The notes under the pieces were generated by a model. The model made no database searches. It was not told the DNA's origin and saw nothing but the letters and a program-made list of their open reading frames with translations. Position numbers and translations under genes: made by a program. 64,000 bases of DNA, from NCBI GenBank assembly GCA_963708185.1, contig OY970195.1, positions 1 through 64,000 on the forward strand. The letters run 5' to 3'. This DNA is from Candidatus Peregrinibacteria bacterium (GTDB lineage Bacteria > Patescibacteriota > Gracilibacteria > UBA1369). Below, in pieces: positions 59,036 through 64,000 of this stretch. Numbering within the stretch: the stretch's first letter is position 1; every line of letters begins with the position of its first letter.

Positions 59036-59917
59036 ATGCTGACAAGGTTTTTTACTTGTCTTATGCCGCTCTCAAGTTCGATAAATTTTTTCGTTTTTGC
59101 GCTTGGAGTTTTTTTCCAGCTTTTACTTTTTTTCCTGGGCGTCAGGGATTTCAAAAGGCTTGGATTGGTCTTGCTCATGAGTCTTTTCGCCGCCGTTGTT
59201 TTTTACGGCGGGAATCCTCAGGGGGCTACTTTCTCCGCTGCATTTGTGCTTTTTTTGTCGATGCTTTTTTTTGTCGTTTTTCACAACGATCTTCTGCCCA
59301 TCATTGATGAGCGTTTTTTGCTTTTTGTAACCTTTTTGTTCTGGTTTGTCGCGTCGGGGCTGGTTCATTTTAATTTCTCCCTGCTTTCCCCCTGGGTGCT
59401 TCTGGCCGTTCCTCCGACGATCGGAGTTTTTGTTCTGGTTTTTACCAAATTTGAACTTCATTTCGGCTGGAAGTACGTCTTTTTTTTCTGTTTTTTCGCC
59501 GCCGTGTTTTATTTTGGAACGGTGAATCTTGAGTCCAGTCCGCTTGTTTTTGTTTTGATCGGCGCACAGCCCCAAATATCGGGGATCCATGTGTTCGAGG
59601 CTTTCTTTTCCGGCATGGCGTTGACGGGCTTTCTTGCAGCTTTTGATAATTTATTGTCGTTGCTTCCCGCAAAACGTGAGACTCTTGATCGGTGGAAAAA
59701 ACGAACGCAATTGGATCTGGAACATTTTTCGAACCGGCAAATCAATTATCGTGAAAGCGCGCTGATTTTTTTGATTTTCATTGTAGTCTCCGCTTTGACC
59801 ATGTATTTTGATCTGAGCATCGTGCTGATCATGAATATTTTATTTGTTTCAATGATATTCTTCCAGAACGTCGATCATTTACTTCATAAACCGAAAAAAC
59901 ATGCATCCACCACTTGA
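59036..59917 (+). CDS. multi-pass membrane protein, unknown function
   Basis: Phe/Leu-rich with about 9 hydrophobic segments. Confidence 0.75.
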   Translation: MLTRFFTCLMPLSSSINFFVFALGVFFQLLLFFLGVRDFKRLGLVLLMSLFAAVVFYGGNPQGATFSAAFVLFLSMLFFVVFHNDLLPIIDERFLLFVTFLFWFVASGLVHFNFSLLSPWVLLAVPPTIGVFVLVFTKFELHFGWKYVFFFCFFAAVFYFGTVNLESSPLVFVLIGAQPQISGIHVFEAFFSGMALTGFLAAFDNLLSLLPAKRETLDRWKKRTQLDLEHFSNRQINYRESALIFLIFIVVSALTMYFDLSIVLIMNILFVSMIFFQNVDHLLHKPKKHASTT

Positions 59918-60377
59918 ATTGAACAGTTTGGCGCCGGATTTTAAGCTTCCCGACGATGAAGGGAAGGAACGTTCCCTGGCTGATTTTCGCGGAAAAATCG
60001 TTTTGCTCTATTTCTATCCCAAAGACATGACACCGGGATGCACGGTGGAAGCGCAGTGTCTGCGCGACCGCATGAATGATCTTCAGGCTCTCGGAGTCCA
60101 GGTTTTAGGAGTCAGTACCGATGACGTGAAATCGCACAAGAAGTTCAAGGAAAAACAACATTTGAACTATCCCTTGCTTGCCGACACCGAAAAAAAGGTC
60201 GTTGAAATGTACGGGGTGTGGAAGGAAAAGTCCTTCATGGGAAAGAAGTACATGGGGACGTCCCGTGAATCTTTTCTGATCGACAAGCACGGCAAAATCA
60301 TCAAACACTACGAAAAGGTGAAGCCTTTTTCCCATGCCGAGGAGGTCATCAACGACGTGAAGGCGATGGGGATTTAA
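59901..60377 (+). CDS. bcp: peroxiredoxin Bcp
   Basis: APDF.L and YFYPKDMTPGCTVEAQC. Confidence 0.95.
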   Translation: MHPPLELNSLAPDFKLPDDEGKERSLADFRGKIVLLYFYPKDMTPGCTVEAQCLRDRMNDLQALGVQVLGVSTDDVKSHKKFKEKQHLNYPLLADTEKKVVEMYGVWKEKSFMGKKYMGTSRESFLIDKHGKIIKHYEKVKPFSHAEEVINDVKAMGI

Positions 60378-60730
60378 ATTTCGGTCTCATCTTTCGTGAG
60401 CCTCCCGGGTTGCTTGCTGCGAAAGTACAGATTTTTGTCGAACGGAGGGATCCCCGTCTGGCCTTGAAGATGGGCCATTTCATGGAATTTTTTGCTTGGA
60501 ACTCCGTCGATCTGTTCAATGACCTTTTTTCTCAAAGGTTTGAAGTTTCTTTCCGCACGGCTTCTTGCCACGAGGGCCTGGTATTGGAGCAGGACCTTCG
60601 CGCTGATGATGCCGATGTCGGTGGAGAATCCGTCCGCTTCCCCGTCGAGCGCTTCGTTTTTACTGCCGAGTTTTGTGACTTTTTCTCCGGAGAGGACGCA
60701 TCGGTAATCTTTTTCAGGTGAGTTTTGCAT
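60374..60730 (-). CDS. hypothetical protein
   Basis: ORF filling the gap; likely start MQNSPE. Confidence 0.55.
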   Translation of the reverse strand: MQNSPEKDYRCVLSGEKVTKLGSKNEALDGEADGFSTDIGIISAKVLLQYQALVARSRAERNFKPLRKKVIEQIDGVPSKKFHEMAHLQGQTGIPPFDKNLYFRSKQPGRLTKDETEI

Positions 60731-60807
60731 ATTGTTGTAAATAAGTTCCGTTTGAACGGGAATATAGAATTTTTCAGTTCGGCGAGTCAAACTTTTCGTG
60801 CATTTTT

Positions 60808-62112
60808 TTAAGGTCCGACATTTTTCTCAAGATTTTTTTGTGTGAAGTTTTTGACCTGCCGTTGGGTTTTGAGGTCTTTGATGACGTTGAGGACGCCGGT
60901 GGCTTTCGGCGATTTGGGTTCCGGGAAGAGGGCGTCGCGAATCGTTGCTTTCAGGTTTTCCAGTCCTTCCTTGTTTTGGGCGGATACGAAGGAGGGGTGG
61001 AAAATCCTGAACTGTTTTTCAAGCAGTGCCGTGTCCAGGTTCGGTGCGCGGTCGGTTTTGTTGAAAACGTAAATGGTGGGCTTCATTAACGCGTCGATTT
61101 GGAAGAGGATTTCGTTGACGACTTCGATTTTCTGGAGAAAATGCGGGTCGCTGACGTCGATGACGTGGAGGAGAAGATCGGCTTCAATGCTTTCTTCCAG
61201 CGTGGACTGGAACGATTTGATGAGCGGAGTGGGGAGATTCTCGATAAAGCCGATGGTATCGGAAATGAGCACTTCATGAGGTTCGATATACATCTTTCCA
61301 ACGCGGGTATCCAGTGTCGCAAAGAGTTTGTCCGCGGCATAGGCCCCTTTGCGGGTCAGGGCGTTGAGCAGTGTGGATTTGCCCGCGTTGGTGTAGCCGA
61401 TGATGCCCACGGTTTTCAGGTCGCGACGTTTGCGGGCATCGCGGTGGACTTTGCGGACTTTCTTGCAGGATTCAAGCTCCTGTTTGATACGGAACTCCAT
61501 TTTGTCGAGGTGGCGTTTCATCATTTCGATGTTGGTTTCGCCTTCACCGCGGGTACCGATACCGCCTCCCTGTCGTGAAAGTTGCATCCCCATGCCAAAG
61601 ATGCGCGGCCCCATATGTTTGATACTGGCCAGTTCGATTTCCAGACGGGCTTCACGGGTGGCCGCGTGTTTTTGGAAAATTTTGAGGATGAGGTCGATGC
61701 GGTCCCAGGCCTGCATGGCAGGTTTGACGGGCTTGCGGATTTTGCCCTTGAGTTCCGGCGAGGTCGCGGCTTTACGTTCCTCCTCGGCCGCTTTGCGCAG
61801 ACGTTCGTTGATGTTGTAGGTCTGGTGCGGCTTGAGTTCGTTGTTGATGATGAGGATGTTGGCCTCATCCGCTTGATGACGGCACGTCGCCTCAGCTCCG
61901 GCCTCAGTGTCGCGGCTTTCACGGATGATTTCCTCCAGTTTTCCGCTGCCGATGAAGGTTTTGTAATCTGGCGTCTGTCTTTTCTGGATTTTTTTGACGA
62001 CGACGATGCCGCCGTAGGTCCTGATAAGGTTTTCGGCTTCGGTGAGACGATATTCGGCTTCCTCCTTCGTCAGTTGGGGCGGAATGCAATCAACGAGAAT
62101 CGCTTTGAGCAT
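60808..62112 (-). CDS. hflX: GTPase HflX
   Basis: DRIDLIL.IF..HA.TREARL, GYTNAGKST, LFATLDT, DTIGFI and NKTD. Confidence 0.97.
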   Translation of the reverse strand: MLKAILVDCIPPQLTKEEAEYRLTEAENLIRTYGGIVVVKKIQKRQTPDYKTFIGSGKLEEIIRESRDTEAGAEATCRHQADEANILIINNELKPHQTYNINERLRKAAEEERKAATSPELKGKIRKPVKPAMQAWDRIDLILKIFQKHAATREARLEIELASIKHMGPRIFGMGMQLSRQGGGIGTRGEGETNIEMMKRHLDKMEFRIKQELESCKKVRKVHRDARKRRDLKTVGIIGYTNAGKSTLLNALTRKGAYAADKLFATLDTRVGKMYIEPHEVLISDTIGFIENLPTPLIKSFQSTLEESIEADLLLHVIDVSDPHFLQKIEVVNEILFQIDALMKPTIYVFNKTDRAPNLDTALLEKQFRIFHPSFVSAQNKEGLENLKATIRDALFPEPKSPKATGVLNVIKDLKTQRQVKNFTQKNLEKNVGP

Positions 62113-62509
62113 TTAAGGTGTTTCCGATCAAAGTATAGAAAAGTCCTATCGCAAAAAGTGCTATTACATCGTATGAGCCTTCTAATCCTTTGAGAAAGTC
62201 CGGGGAGAACCCTTTTACATGAACCATGAAGAAAGCAACGACCATGATGAACGCCAAGAGAACCCCGAAGAGTCTGGTGATGATGTCTCCGTATTTATTG
62301 TTGATCAGTCCACCGATGATGATGCAAATACCACCGCCAAATTCTCCGAGTGAGGCCATCCACCCAAGGATAACCGGTACATTCAGATGTGCGGCAAAAA
62401 CGGCCGGCCCGGTGATAAAAAGTTTTTCGTACCCGGCGGAGATGAATACAATGGCGAGCGTCAAACGCAGGACCCAGTCGGCGACAAGCGAAGCGGTATT
62501 TTTGTTCAT
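62090..62509 (-). CDS. DoxX family membrane protein
   Basis: LRLTLAIVFISAGYEKL..EFGGG..TR..MVVAFFMVH. Confidence 0.85.
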   Translation of the reverse strand: MNKNTASLVADWVLRLTLAIVFISAGYEKLFITGPAVFAAHLNVPVILGWMASLGEFGGGICIIIGGLINNKYGDIITRLFGVLLAFIMVVAFFMVHVKGFSPDFLKGLEGSYDVIALFAIGLFYTLIGNTLNAQSDSR

Positions 62510-62526
62510 ATGTAAACAGTTAGAGA

Positions 62527-63753
62527 TTATGTGACTGTTTTAGGTTCTACTCGTGGTGGAGCCGGCAGGAAGGAAAAAAGTAGAGCACTCACCAGCGCAA
62601 TGACACCGGCGGCTGCGAACGTCGCTGAGGGGTTATAGGCATTCCAGAGCCAGCCGGCCAGGAGCGAAGCGGGCAGGTAAATGATACCGGTCACAAAGTT
62701 ATAGAGTCCGATCGCCGAGGCGCGATGTTCTTTGGGGGTGATGTCGCTGATGTAGGCTTTGGTCTGCGCTTCGTCAATGGCGTAGAAAATGCCGTAGACC
62801 AAAAAGAGCAGGATGACGCTGACCTTGTCAGCAGCAAAGAAGAATCCGGCGCACATCAACACGTAGATGACGTATTCGGCCATGATGACGGTCTTCCTGC
62901 CGATCTTGTCGCCGATTTTTCCGACGGGAATGGAAATGAGGATGAAGGATGTGTTGAAGAGGGCGTATAAAAGCACGACGTCTTTGATTTCGAACCCCAC
63001 GGAATAGGCTTTCAAGAGCAGGAAAGCGAAGCTGAAGTAGGAGAGCGAGAACAGGCCGGCCACCTTGATGTAGCGGTGGAAAGCTTTTCCGAGGTTTTTA
63101 TAGTTCTTGAAAACATTTTCACGGATCTTGGTGGCCTGCGCTTTTTTTTCATGCACAAATATGGCCAGGATGAGCACCGAAAGCACAGCCGGGACGATGG
63201 CGACCTGGAAAAGGAACTTGAAACCGTCCATGGTCTGGCCGAGCATGCTGAGAATGAAGTACCCCAGGAACGGTCCGAGGATGGCTCCGGTTTTGTCGAG
63301 GGTTTTATGGAAACCGAAGGAGTAGCCGAGTTTTTCCTTGTCGGCGATGGTGGAGATCAATGCGTCACGGGGGGCTCCGCGTATGGACTTGCCCAGACGC
63401 TCGACCACGCGGAACGTAAAAACGGCGGGGATGGTCGTGGCGAAAAGCAGGATGCTTTTTGCCACCGTTGAAAAGCCGTAACCGAACAGGGCGAAACTTT
63501 TCCGTTTGCCGGTCTTGTCCGAAAGGTACCCCGACACATAATCAAGCGAAGAAGCGGAAAAGTCCGCAAATCCTTCCATGGTGCCGATGATGAAACTGGA
63601 TGCCCCGAGGATCGCCACCAGAAAAATCGTCAGGACCGAGAAGATCATTTCCGAGCTGATATCGGTGAGCAGACTGACGACGCCGAGCCAGAAGATCTGG
63701 GGATCGACCCCGAAAATTTTGGTTTTCGCTTGATGAGCCTCCTGGACCATCAT
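62527..63753 (-). CDS. MFS transporter
   Basis: SLLTDISSEM, GYLSDKTGKRK, RLGKSIRGAPRDAL and GKIGDKIGRK. Confidence 0.93.
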   Translation of the reverse strand: MMVQEAHQAKTKIFGVDPQIFWLGVVSLLTDISSEMIFSVLTIFLVAILGASSFIIGTMEGFADFSASSLDYVSGYLSDKTGKRKSFALFGYGFSTVAKSILLFATTIPAVFTFRVVERLGKSIRGAPRDALISTIADKEKLGYSFGFHKTLDKTGAILGPFLGYFILSMLGQTMDGFKFLFQVAIVPAVLSVLILAIFVHEKKAQATKIRENVFKNYKNLGKAFHRYIKVAGLFSLSYFSFAFLLLKAYSVGFEIKDVVLLYALFNTSFILISIPVGKIGDKIGRKTVIMAEYVIYVLMCAGFFFAADKVSVILLFLVYGIFYAIDEAQTKAYISDITPKEHRASAIGLYNFVTGIIYLPASLLAGWLWNAYNPSATFAAAGVIALVSALLFSFLPAPPRVEPKTVT

Positions 63754-63759
63754 GTGGGT

Positions 63760-63957
63760 TTAGATTGTTTTGGCGAGAGCGTCCCGGATAGCGTTTTGTT
63801 GTCGCAGGACGTCTTTCTCTTCGGACGTGAATGTCCGCTGTTCATCCTGGCGGGCCAGGTGAGCGGGAATGATGAATTCGTGGCCTTCATGAGCATCGGC
63901 CGGGGGTCGCGAATCTTTCCGGTCGAAATAACCGATCTCCAAACGTGTCTCTTCCAT
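63760..63957 (-). CDS. small hypothetical protein
   Basis: 65-aa ORF directly upstream of the MFS gene, same strand. Confidence 0.5.
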   Translation of the reverse strand: MEETRLEIGYFDRKDSRPPADAHEGHEFIIPAHLARQDEQRTFTSEEKDVLRQQNAIRDALAKTI

Positions 63958-64000
63958 AGATAAAAATTAGTATCTGGCGTAGTGAGCGAACGCCTTGTTG

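Noticed and set aside
1-64000. Genetic code 25 (TGA=Gly, Gracilibacteria)
   Set aside because: Conserved genes are uninterrupted in code 11 and several end naturally at TGA (pyrC, pyrF, rplV).
1-64000. CRISPR arrays, tRNA/rRNA genes, transposases, reverse transcriptases, prophage
   Set aside because: No regularly spaced repeats, cloverleafs or catalytic motifs were found by eye.

Overview
Chromosomal window of a CPR/Patescibacteria bacterium, most consistent with Peregrinibacteria: standard genetic code with TGA stops, no rpmD/L30 in the spc operon, SLH surface proteins, SD-less leaders and a de novo pyrimidine pathway. Right half: the tuf-S10-spc-alpha-rplM/rpsI ribosomal supercluster (35109-53548, minus), fusA detached from tuf and from rpsL/rpsG, gnd, bcp, hflX, DoxX and MFS genes. 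Left half: lemA (partial), a TPR protein, a DnaQ-DinG helicase, two SLH proteins, a dispersed pyr cluster (carA, pyrB, C, D, K, E, F), ldh, trhO, tandem lipoproteins, rsmA, a P-type ATPase, trmD and a PP2C-like protein. Two things stand out. (1) An AT-rich cassette (16650-22330) interrupts the pyr cluster. It encodes an 855-aa cis-prenyltransferase/class I terpene synthase fusion that is translationally coupled to a soluble GAF histidine kinase (frameshifted here), plus a sensorless kinase and an OmpR/PhoB regulator. Two of its promoters carry 11-bp-phased TnTCA boxes in the same register. This is a candidate terpenoid autoinducer (quorum-sensing-like) circuit. (2) A ~560-nt multi-domain structured ncRNA candidate (~4972-5534) has its own promoter and terminator. 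Short repeat-like DNA insertions also occur in frame within dinG, hflX and gnd. All calls were made by eye from motifs; no database searches were run.
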